Source: Chiloscyllium plagiosum
Lineage: Eukaryota
Direction of reading: 5' to 3'
Assembly (NCBI RefSeq): GCF_004010195.1
Contig: NC_057759.1
Location: 3,723,044-3,750,142, forward strand
DNA length: 27,099 bases
In this document: piece by piece, positions 1-11,200 of the stretch
Layout: the number at the start of each line of letters is the position of its first letter
Position numbering within the stretch: the stretch's first letter is position 1
The notes under the pieces: generated by a model
Told to the model about the DNA's origin: nothing
What the model saw: the letters and a program-made list of their open reading frames with translations, nothing else
Database searches by the model: none
Program-made: the position numbers and the translations under genes

Positions 1-59
1 TTCATCAACGGCCTTTGATATTCGGCAATGATTGCACAGAGTTTAGCGTCATTTGTGAC

Positions 60-1640
60 TCCTCAGGTACTGAAGCAGTTCATGTTTAAACGCAACAAGT
101 TCTGGACAATATCAGGCTTGGGCCAACAAGTGGCAAGGAACATTCGCACCACACAAATGCCAGACAATGGCCAAAGGAAACTGTGAGAAGTAACGGGAAT
201 ACAGACTACTGGGATAATGGTAAGACTCTTGGTAGTATCAGTGAGCAAAGAGATCTCGGTGTCCATGTGCATAGATCCTTGAGAATTGACACCCTGGTTG
301 ATAGTTTTGTTGAGAAGGCGTATGGTTTGTGGGTAGAGGGATTTAGTTTCGGAGCCATGAGGTCATGTTGCAGCTGGACAAAATTCTGGTGCGGCCGCGC
401 TTGAAGTCATGTGTACATGTTGGTCGCTGCATTATAGGAAAGTTGAGGAGGCATTTGAACGAGTGCAAAGGAGATTTTGCAGGATGTTGCCTGGCATGGT
501 GGGGGGGCCTTATGAGCAAAGGGTGAGGGACATCAGGCTGCATTTGTTCGAGAGACGAAAGTTGAGAGGTGACTTATTCGAGACATACAAGATAATCACA
601 TGATTGGATCGGGTGGATAGTGAGAGCTTTTACCTCGGGCGATGCTGGCTAGCACGAGGGGACACAGCTTTAAATTGAAGGATGGGTGACTTCAGAGGTA
701 GATTCCTTGCTCAGAAAGTAGTAGGGGCGTAGAATGCCCTGCTTGCAAATGTAGTAGACTCACCAACTTTACTGGCATTTAAATAGTTATTATATAAATA
801 TATGGATAATAATGTTATAGTGTAGGTTAGATGGGCTTCAGATCGGTTTCACATGTCAATGCAACGTCGATGGCCGAGGGGCCTGTGCTAGACTGTATTG
901 TTCTATGTTCCATCGCAAGTAAGAGATGCTCTAACCACCTCCGTTTGACGTACAATGGTATTACCTTCACGGAATCTCCTACTGTCAACATGGTTGAGAT
1001 TACCATTGACAGGAAGGTCAGCTGGACTCACCACGTAAAACACAGTGGCTCCAACAGCCGTTCGGGGATGAGGGATACTACGGTGTGTAACTCACCTCCT
1101 GAAACCCTAAAATCGATACACAAAGCACAAGTCAGGAGTGTGATGGAAACGACCCCACATGCGTGAATTGGGGCAGCCGCAACAACATTATAACACTTGA
1201 CATCATGCAGGACAAAGTGACCCGCTTGATTGGCACATCTACAAGCTTTCAATCTCAGTACCACCAGTGTTCAGTAACAGCAGCATGTACTATTTACAAG
1301 ATGCACTGCAGAAATTCTCCAAATATCCTTAGTACCTTCCAAACCCATGACCACTTCCAAGTAGAAGGACGAGGGCAGGAGATACTTGGAAACATCACTA
1401 CCAGCAAGTTCCCCTCCAAGCCACTCACCACCCTGACTTGGAAATATACCACCTTTCCTTTCGCAGTCATTGGACAAAATCCTGGATTTCCCTCTCGACC
1501 GGCATTGTGGGTAAACCGACAGCAAATGGACTGCAGCGATTCAAGAAAGCAGTTCCCACCAGTTTCTTAAGGGCAAATAGGGACGGGCTATCAATGCTGG
1601 CCAGCTAACGACGCCAAAGTCCCATAAATGAAAAACAAAA
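60..1640 (+). mobile_element. Decayed LINE 3' portion (L2/CR1-group; shares tail with the SINE at 14340), split by a CR1 insertion
   Basis: RT C-terminal-like text (WANKWQGTFAPHKCQTM before 172; ...KAQVRSVME.. in ORF 831..1166) resumes after 910. Ends in gggcaaatagggacgggctatcaatgctggccagc...aatgaaaaacaaaa. Confidence 0.7.
173..910 (+). mobile_element. CR1 LINE 3' fragment
   Basis: Degenerate ORF2 C-terminus (EQRDLGVHVHRSL; ERVQRRFCRMLPG; RRKLRGDLFETYKI) and CR1-type tail ..gggcctgtgctagactgtattgttctatgttc. Confidence 0.9.
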
Positions 1641-1879
1641 ACTCAATACTAACATTATGTAGTGTACTATTTTATAGGATGATATCAGTTAAGGTTTATT
1701 TGGTTAACATTTACTTTGCAACTTGTTTATGCATTTGATTTAAAAATTTTGCTATGAAGATCTCTCTTTCTGGACTTTGCAATTGTTTTCTTCCACACTT
1801 TCTTCTTTCGAGTGTTTTGATTTTTTAAAAAATACGATTGTTCTTTTTTGTAAAAGTCTACTTTAAAATTATGGAACAG

Positions 1880-2209
1880 ATCAACTCTCCAAACCGAATA
1901 TCAAAGCGTTGTCAGATTCCGATGCCAATTCAAGCAGGGACATTGTATCGATTTCCTGCCAAGGTGATATTCGGCCCAGTGGAGGAATATTCTCCTTTTA
2001 CAATAGTCGGAGGAAAGATTTTAGACAGGAATATCATGTGACTGGTCTTGAAGATACTGCGGTCATTACCATCAACATCCATGAACATTCCTCTGCAGGA
2101 AACTACAGTTGTCGATATAAAACAGAGGTAAACGGACGTTCCATTCTTTCCCCGTTCAGCCAATCTGTTTCAGTCACAGAGAAAAGAAAGGACGATCACA
2201 CATCAAAAG
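1880..2209 (+). CDS. Exon: C2-type Ig domain plus short stalk
   Basis: Acceptor aacag| at 1879, donor AAG|gtaatt at 2210; 330 nt, phase 1-1 as typical of Ig exons. Motifs: A strand LSKPNI, VSISC (Cys 1957-1959), FSFY in place of the C-strand Trp, AGNYSCRY (Cys 2110-2112; Cys residues 51 apart), SPFSQSVSVT end motif. Overlaps ORF 1909..2262. Confidence 0.92.
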
Positions 2210-5200
2210 GTAATTATATGTTCGTGAAATTCTTCCTCATTTTCATAAATACATGCAGGTAAAGAAATTTACTGCTAGTTTTTTTTAATCCAATTTGATA
2301 GTTGCAAGAAATTCTGTTCAATGATTGATAGTGCTTCAGGCTTTATGTCTGTCCTCTGCCCTTGATGTAACTTGATGCAATTTGATCAAAGGTCTGAGCG
2401 TGGGTTATAAGCCCTTTCTCCTGTTAGGCGTCTCCCTAATTCTGAATTGGATGACGTCATCTTGATGCACAAACAATGCCAGATACTACTGCCATTGTTC
2501 AATGGGATATAACACTTGGGCATTGACAGAGACTGTCTGTGCATTGTCAGGCATAACCATTCGACAATCCAGGGCCCCAATTTTCGTAGCACGGTTAATT
2601 TTGAGTTGCACAGAAGGATGCATTTTTGTGAATTCAACAGAGCAGCTGAAACGTCTCCGAGGTTATCCCCCAGAGTAGGGGAAATAATCAAAATAACAAA
2701 CAGTGGACATGCCCAGTGAATGCTTTTGTGCAAAAATGGATGAGTGGGAGATTTCAAATTTCATGTCCTACAGTCCCGAAACAGGCCCCTCCACTCATAA
2801 AATATGTGCTAATGAATAACAGCTTATTTATTCTCTACTCCCACTGGCCAACCCATAGCCTTTTTTGCCTTGGCATTGTGAATACGTATCCACAGCCCCC
2901 TTCAATGGGATGAGAATTTATGCCTCTCCTACCATTACAGGCAGTGAGTTCCAGATTTCCCACAACCCTTTGGGTCTTCACAAAATCCTCTCATCGCTTG
3001 TAAACTGTCTGCCCGTTATCTTCAATCCATTTCCCCCTCACCGTCTCCCCAGTCATTGCTACAGTCAAGTGGCAAAGTTTCTTCTGTCAAACTAATCCCA
3101 GCCAGCATCATTTTATGGATGTCAATCATGTCACAATCTTTGAATATTCTTTGTTCTAAGGAGAATAACGCAGTCTGTCCAATCTCTCTCCACGAAAACT
3201 CTCCAGGCCCCCAAGGCAACATTCTATTAAATCTTCCTCTACAGCCACACGTAGTGACTGTTATGGGACAGACCAGATATTCGCTCCTACTCAATTCTCA
3301 GGAACAGTAAGCTTTTAAATATTGATTAGCTATATTGCTTGTTTAAGTTGGAATGTATGTCCAAAAGAGGACCATCTACTGTTTCAAAATGGATATTATT
3401 CTCAGTGGTGAAGCTGAAAATGTGTTGCTGGAAAAGCGCAGCAGGTCAGGCAGCATCCAGGGAACAGGAGACTCAGGAACAGTAAGCTTTTAAATATTGA
3501 TTAGCTATATTGCTTGTTTAAGTTGGAATGTATGTCCTTCTTCAGGGCTTATGCCCGAAACGTTGATTCTCCTGTTCCCTGGATGCTGCCTGACCTGCTG
3601 CGCTTTTCCAGCAACACATTTTCAGCTCTGATCTCCAGCATCTGCAGACCTCACTTTCTCCTCATTATTCTCAGTGGGACATACTGATGTTTCTTTGCCG
3701 TTCATTAATGTGATTCATTCTTTTGCAATACATAGCTGCCCAGAAGAGATTATATATGTTCGTCGGACTGGGATGTGCTGCTGTGATCATTGTTTTACTT
3801 GTGGTGCTGTGCCTTCTTATTGTCAAGAAAGGTAACTTATTCAAAAGTATAATATAATTGGTTAGGAGGGATGCGATAGTATTGGGAGAGGGTGAAGAGG
3901 AAGATTTACTAAGGGACAGTGGGGAATCTTGAACTTGCTGCCTGAAAAAGTGGGAGAAAACGGTTTAGATGTGCCGTTGCCATGCCAAGGCAATCGGTCA
4001 AGCGCTGAGGAAATGGGATTAGAAACGTTTTTGACCAGCACAGATCAGCATGGGACTGAGGTGTATTTTCCTGTGCTGTAGACTTGTATAACTGTGACAG
4101 TTTAGTGGGAAACTTGGAAACGTGAACAGATAGTTGTGATCAAGGTTTATGTCGTATTAATATTGTTTGAAAATATAGGTTCAATCAGGCCCTGGGAGTG
4201 TTTTGAACAGAGGTGCCTGAGAGTGTTTTGAACAGAGGTGCCTGAGGGTGGGGGTGTGTGTGGAGGCACATAATTCCTCTAAAGTGGCATCACAGGTAGA
4301 CAGAGTGGTGAATAAAGTGTTTGGCACACTACCCTGTATTGGTGAGAGCCTTGAGAACAGGATTTGGGACTTCTTATTGTGGCTTTAAAGGATATTGTTT
4401 CGGCCACTTTTGAAATAATACATAGAGTTCTGGTCATCCTGCTATAGGAAGGATGTTGTTAAACTAGAATAAATATATTTAAACAATTACAAGGAAGTTG
4501 CTGGGACTGAAGGGTTTGTGTTATAAGGTGAGGCAAGATGGACTGGGATTTTTTTTTTCTCAGGAGTGTCGAAGGCTGAGGGGTGATCTTATGATGGTAA
4601 GATAATCTAAGGTATGGATAGGGTGAATAGATAAGGTCTTTTTCAAAGAGTATTGAAGTCCCAAAATAGAGAGCATAGGTTTATGGTGAGGGGAGAATGC
4701 TGCAAAAGGGACCTCAGGTTCAACTTTATTGAGTAGAGGCTGGTGAGTATATGGAACGGGTTTGCAGAGGAAGTGGTAGAGGTGAGCAAAATTACAACAT
4801 TAAAAAGACATTTGGATAGGTACATGGACAGGAAAGTTCTACAGGGATATGCACCAAATGCAAGTAATTAGGACGAGTAGAGTTTGAGAAATCTGGTCAG
4901 CATCGACAAATGGGACTTAAGGGCCTGTATGACTCTAAGGTTCTAAAGGTTTTAGTTTTGTGTGTTCAGATCAGCTAGACACAGAGTTTACTTTCATTTT
5001 GGTTTATTCAGTGAATGACACTGGCGCATCTGGAGATTTGTTCTGTTCATATTCTTTGAAATGGGCTCTTTAAAATACTGATGTAAAATGTTCAGTTCAT
5101 TAGACAGAAAAGGTAGACGTGAGGATAAGTAGCAGTTGATAGGTACAAAAAGGAGTCCGAAAAGAATGTTTTTTTCAGAAAAATGAAGGAGAGGTCAATT

Positions 5201-8200
5201 CACTTTTAGAGACGAGGTTCTGAAGAGCAGAGGTAATAGATCCTGACCTGAACAGTGATGCCCACATTACATGAATGTATTTAAACAATAGCCATCAGAC
5301 TTGAAAGACAATTAACGATAAGTCAATCACTAACTTTCAATTGTAACTCCAGAAATTAGGCATAGGTTGCAAGAGCTAGTACATGGAGCCATCAGGCATT
5401 TTGTCCTTAACTCTGCAATAGTGCCCCAGTAACATTCAGATATAGAGAGACGTTTTTGTGTTGGCAATGAGGGCCTCATAGTAACCATTCAGTACATTTG
5501 TATTTTTTAGCCCTCTTGGCCTTTGATACATTCATAGGAGGTGTCCAATCGCGGTCGCTTTCCCTCCATACAGAGCCACAGCTTAACTCAAAAAGACAGG
5601 GGATGGTGTATTCTCAAATCTAATAGAGAAGCGTTTGTGAAGTAAAGCTGTGAAGGGGACAGGAGCCAGAGGCAGGTATGTGGAGTTAGTCCACTGATCA
5701 GCCATGATGTTCTTGAATGGCACAAAAGGCTTGAGGGCTGAACAGCCTGCTGATGTCGCTACTTTCCTAAGTGCAAAAGCAATGGGTGGCCGATAAACAA
5801 AACAAAATATTTGGCAACTGCACCAGAATGTATTGGGTCAAAATTACAATCTCTCTACCTTGACTTCAACCAGAGTTAGAATCCTAGTTAGAACCAGTCC
5901 AGCCTCTTCACCCACTCCAATCTCTCGCCCTCACAACGCACAGCCCTCCACTCCCTCTGCGCCAACCCCAACCTCACCATCAAACCTGCGGTCAAAGGGG
6001 GTGTGGTGGTCATTTGACGCACTGACCTCTACAGCGCTGAAGCCAGGCACCTACTCGAATGCACCTCCTCCTACGACCCCCTCAAACATGACCTCACCAA
6101 GCCATCATCTCCCAGACCATACACAACCTCATCATCTCAGGGGATCTCCCACCCACATCGTCCAAACCCATAGTTCTGGAACCTCACACTGCCAGATTCT
6201 ACCTCCTACCCAATATTCACAACCCTGACCTACCCAGGCTGACCTATCGTCTCAGCCTGCTCCTGCCCCACTGAACTGATCTCCACCTACCTTGATACTG
6301 TCCTGTCCGCTTGTTTCAGGAACTCCCTACATTCGTTTGGGAGACCACACACGCCTTCCACTTCCTCCAAGACTTCCGTTTCCCCAACCACCAATGCTTC
6401 ACCTTCACCATGGACATCCAATCTCTCTCCACCTGCAATCCCCATGGCCAGGACCTCCAAGCCCTCCATTTATTCCTCTCCCGTTGTCCCCACCAGTACC
6501 CTTCCACTGACACTCTTATTCATTTGGCTGAACTGGACCTCACACTCAATAATTTCTCCTTCCATTCCTCCCACTTACTCCTGACAAAAGGAGTAGCCAT
6601 GGGCACCCGCATAGGCCCCAGCTATACCTGTCTCTTTTTCGGCGACGTAGAACAGTCCATCTTCGAGAGATGCACCGGCACCACTCCCCACCTCTTGCTC
6701 TGCTACATTGATGACTGCATCAGTGCCACATCGTGCTCCCATGAGAAGGTCAAACAATTCATAAACTTTGCCAACACATTCCATTCCAAACTTAAAATCA
6801 CCTGGACCATCCCTGCCACTTCACTCCCCTTCCTAGACCTCTCCAACTCCATCCAGAAGGACCGACTTAACACTGACATTTTACAGACCCATCAACTCCC
6901 ACAGCTACCTGGATTACACCTCCTCCCACCCAACCTCCTGATTAAATGCTATCCCATGTTCCCAATTCCTCCACCTCCGCCACATCTGCTCTCAGGAGTA
7001 TCAGTCCCACCACAGAACACACCAGAAGACCCAATTGCCCTCCCACATGTTTGAAGATGCCCTTCAATGCATCTCATCCACGTCCCGCACGTCCGCCCTC
7101 ATCTCCCCTCCAACTGCAGTAAGTACAGAACCCCTCTGCTTCTCACCTTCTCTTGCACCAACATCCGCATAAATCACATCATCTGCCGACATTTTCGCCA
7201 CCTACAAACGGACCGCACCGCCAGGGATGTAGTTCCCTCCCAAACCCTATCTGTTTTCCAGAAAGACTGTTCCCACCATAACTACCTGGTCAGGTCCACG
7301 CCATAACAAGTGACCATCCCCTCCTTGCATCCTTGCACCTTCCCCTGCCACCGCAGTAATTGTAAAACCTGCACCCACACCTCCCCCCTTACATCCACCC
7401 AAGGCCTCATAAACCTTCCACATTCATCAAAGTTTCACCTGTACTTCGAAACATGCTATTTATTGTTTCTGTTGCTCGCGATGTATTCTCCTCTACATTA
7501 GGGAGGCTGGATGCCTTCTCACAGAGTACTTTAGACAACATCTCCGGGCCACTCACACCAAGCCATTCCACCACCCAGTGGCCGAATATTTCAACTCCCA
7601 CTCCTGCTCTGCTGAGGGCATGCAGGCCCTGGGCCTAGAACAAAGAATATAGAAATTCTAGAGCCTCCTCCGTCACCACTCCCTCCCACCCGACGTCTTG
7701 AAGAAGAAAGCCTTATCTTCCACCTTGACACTCATAAAACACCATGTCCATCAATATGGACTTAACCAGTTTCCTCATTTCCCTTACCTGCACTTTACCC
7801 CAGTTTCAACCTTCCAGCTCAATACCGCCCTCCTTACCTGTCCCGCTTGTCAATCCTCCTTCCCACCTATCCGCTCCACCCTCGACCCTGACCTATCACC
7901 CTTACGCACACCTCCATCCGCCTATTGCACTCTCAGCTCCCTTCTCGCCAATGCCACCTCCTCCCATTTATCTCTCCACCCCTGATGGTCTCGGCCTCAT
8001 TTCTGATGAAGGACTCCAGTCCTAACCGTCGATTTATCTGCTCCTTGTATGCTTTAAATATATTGTCAAGCACTCCGTTCAGTGCAGTCATTTCACAAAC
8101 TTCACGAGGGAGCAGTCTTTCTGAAGCAGTTAGGATGGATCACTCACTCACTGTCCTTAACAATATCCAGTCTCCACAGGGCAGGCCAGTTGCTCAGTGG

Positions 8201-11200
8201 TTAGCACTAACGCCTCCCAGCACCAATGATTTGGATTCAATTCCTTCCTTGGGTGACTTCTTTCACACTAGTTTTTGATGTTATAAAGCTGGAAAGGGTT
8301 CAGAACAGATTTACCAGAATGTTGCAAGCAAAGGAGAGCTTGAGTTCTGAGAGACTGGGGTTTTTTTTTCAAGAGAATTCCGACACAGTGGAAACAGGCC
8401 ATTGGGCCCAATATGTCCATACCGACCGTTTGAAAAGCATTCCACTGAGGCCCATACTCCTACCTGTTCTCGATTACCCTGAATTCCACATAACTAAAAC
8501 GCTTAACCTACGCATCCATGGATGCTGTGGGCAATTAGCATCACTCCTGGACTCAGTGTTTAAAACTGCTGTCTCACAGCGGCAGGGACCCAAAAGCTGT
8601 TCCACCCGCTGGCGATTGCCTGTGTGGAGTTTGCACATTCTCCCCTTGTCTGCATGGGTTATCTCCCGGTATTCAAGTTTCCTCCCACGAACCAAAGATT
8701 TGTAGGTTAGGTAAATTGACCATGCTAAATTGCTCATATAGTACAGGCTAGGTGGATTAGGTAAGGGAAACGTAGGGTTAGCGGGACAGGGTATGGATTT
8801 GAGATCTTCTTTAGAAGGTCAGTGCGGCTTTGGTGAGCTGAATGGCTTGATTCTACACTGTAGGACTTCTAAGTCGTTGATCTTTCATTGGAAAGCAGGA
8901 GGTTAAGAGGTGGCCTTATTGCGATTTATAGATAACTATAATCAAGATGAAAAGCGGGTGTCATTTCGCTAAGGTGGGGCGGGGGTTGGGTGGGAGTTCA
9001 AGATTGCAGGGCATATTCTTAAGGTTAGAGGAGAAATATTTTAAAATGACTTGAGGGGTATTATCGTTATCACAGAGTGTCTTTTGTGTGGAATGAACTT
9101 CAAGAGGAAGTGGCGTGTGTGGATATAGTTGCAATGTTTAAATGACACTTCCATAAGCACATGATAAAGAAATGTCTGGAGATATATAGGTCATGAGCAG
9201 GCAGGTGGGACAAGTTTAGTTTGGGACTATGGTTTGGCCTTGAACTGGTTGGAGAGAAGGTCTTGTTTCTGTGCTGTATGACTCTATGACTATCTGAATG
9301 GTGTTTGCATGTTCTCCTAATTGACTGGTTGGATTTCTATCTACTGTCCAAAGTTGTGCAGGTTAGCCGGATTGGCTTTATTAAATTATCCCGAAGTATT
9401 CGGGGTGTGTGGTCTCGGTGGATTAGCTGTAGGAAAGTTGGGTATGCAGGCAGAGGGTCAGGGTAGGTCTGGCTGGAATGTTCATTGGAAGGGGCAAATG
9501 GCCTGTATCTGCGCAGCGGGGGGTACTAAGCTGTAACAGGAAAAGCATGACTTTTTTGTCTTCTATTCTGCTCCTTATGTTTCGAATGTTCATATTCTTA
9601 ATGCGTATTGTTTTTTTTTCTTTTTGGGAGATTTCAGTTTAAATGTTTGATTCTGTCCAGTTTGACACCAAATGTTTTGGATTCATAAAAAAAACGAAAT
9701 TGCAGCAGAAACTGAAGAATTCTTGCAGTGTCTATGGAGAGTGGGAGAGAAACAGAGTTAACATTTCAAGTCCATAGCGCCATAAGAAATGGGAACAGGA
9801 GCAGGCCTTTCACTCCATAGAGCCTACTTCATCATTCAATAGAATTGTGGCTGATCGGACACTGCTCACATTCTCTTTCCTGCACCTCTCCTTGATTCCT
9901 TGACTGATGAATAAAATGTCTTTTGCAGCCTTAAAAACACATGAGGGCTCTGCCTTACCCGCCCTTGTCCCCCAAAACGCGAAGGCGCACAGATCTCTTT
10001 GGCAAAGACCATAAGACTGTAGGGCATAGGAGCAGAATTAGGCCATTCAGTCCATACAGCCTGCTCTTCCATTCGATCATGGATGACATGCATTTCAATC
10101 CCATGCTCCTGCCTTCTCCCAGTAAGCCTTGATCGACATTCCAATCATGAACCTATAGAAATACAGTCATTTAAAAAAATATATTCCACACCTTCTGCGG
10201 CAATGAGTTCCATAGGTTCACCATCTTCTAACTGAAGAAATCCTCTACTCAGTTCTAATGAGCCGTCCATTCACCATGAGGCTGTGCCCTCCGGTCCTTT
10301 TCTCTTTTGCTCGTGGAAATTCGACTCCTTGGCCGCAATATTCTGGCCTCTCAGTATTCTGTGACCTTCAATCTGGTCTCCAGCCTCATCCTTCTGAACT
10401 CCATGGAGTATAGACACAAAGTACTCAATCGCTTCCCAAAAGAAAGGCACTTTATATCCTGGATCGCTCTTGGAGACCCCTTCCAAGGCCAACGCATCTT
10501 TCTTAGATACAGGGCCGAAATCTGCTCGCAATTTTCCAAATGTGGTTTGATCAGAACCTTGTACAGTCTCATCAGTACATTTCTGGTCTTGCATTCTATC
10601 TGCTCAAAATGAAAACTATCGTTGCATTTGTTTTCCTAACTGCCAACTGAACCTCTCTGTTAACCTGAAGAGAATCCGGAACTCAGAGTCCCATGTCACT
10701 TTGTGCTTCAGATTTCTATTTGTAATGGTATACAGGTAATGTCAGACATGCTGTGCTTCTTTACCATTCTCCGTTTTAATTCTATTATCTAACACCCTGC
10801 AGTTCTTTGTTTTGTATTATTGACATTGACCATCATGTTTGAGGCATTTCAACTTTGCATTATTGTTTCATATCTCACAGGTCAGAATAAACGTCAAAAT
10901 ATTCCGAGGTGAGGATGTTATATGACTCGTGATAATCTGGCATTTGACAATATGCAACATTTCGAGAAATGTTTATTAAAACATTGTTATATCGAGTATT
11001 TGTTCCTTATTGATTTTTATGACATTAATTCCCATTACATCGGGAGAACGTTTGAGCCAATATATGTCTTTATTTTACAGGACTGCATCCACAGCAGTTC
11101 AAATTACAGACAGCAAAGACCAAGATGGCATTTGTAAGTATGTTGCAGAAGTTAGTGACTGGTTGTAATGACTGCGATAAAAAAGTAACATCTTTATTTG

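Larger units (their letters stand above)
8259..9290 (+). mobile_element. CR1 3' fragment, itself split by two HE1-type SINE pieces
   Basis: DVIKLERVQNRFTRML (ORF 8226) stops at ~8372 and resumes at ~8881 (tttcattggaaagcaggaggttaagagg); tail ctgtgctgtatgactctatgact. Confidence 0.85.
8179..9535 (+). mobile_element. Old HE1-type tRNA-derived SINE split by a CR1 insertion (head 8179-8258, body ~9290-9535)
   Basis: Head gctcagtggttagcact...ttcaattcc...gggtgact; body resumes tatctgaatggtgtttgcatgttctcc...gtccaaagttgtgcaggttag. Confidence 0.65.

Noticed and set aside
1909..2262. 117-aa ORF as a stand-alone single-exon protein
   Set aside because: It starts at TTG, the Ig domain extends upstream to an acceptor at 1880, and a phase-matched donor lies at 2210; it is an internal exon.
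3736..3831. Activating-receptor TM (DAP12/FcR-gamma coupling)
   Set aside because: No charged residue inside the hydrophobic span; K/R residues only flank it.
6311..7054. 247-aa RT ORF as a domesticated gene or novel RT system
   Set aside because: It is one frame of a frameshifted Penelope-like element; upstream and downstream parts lie in other frames with stops.
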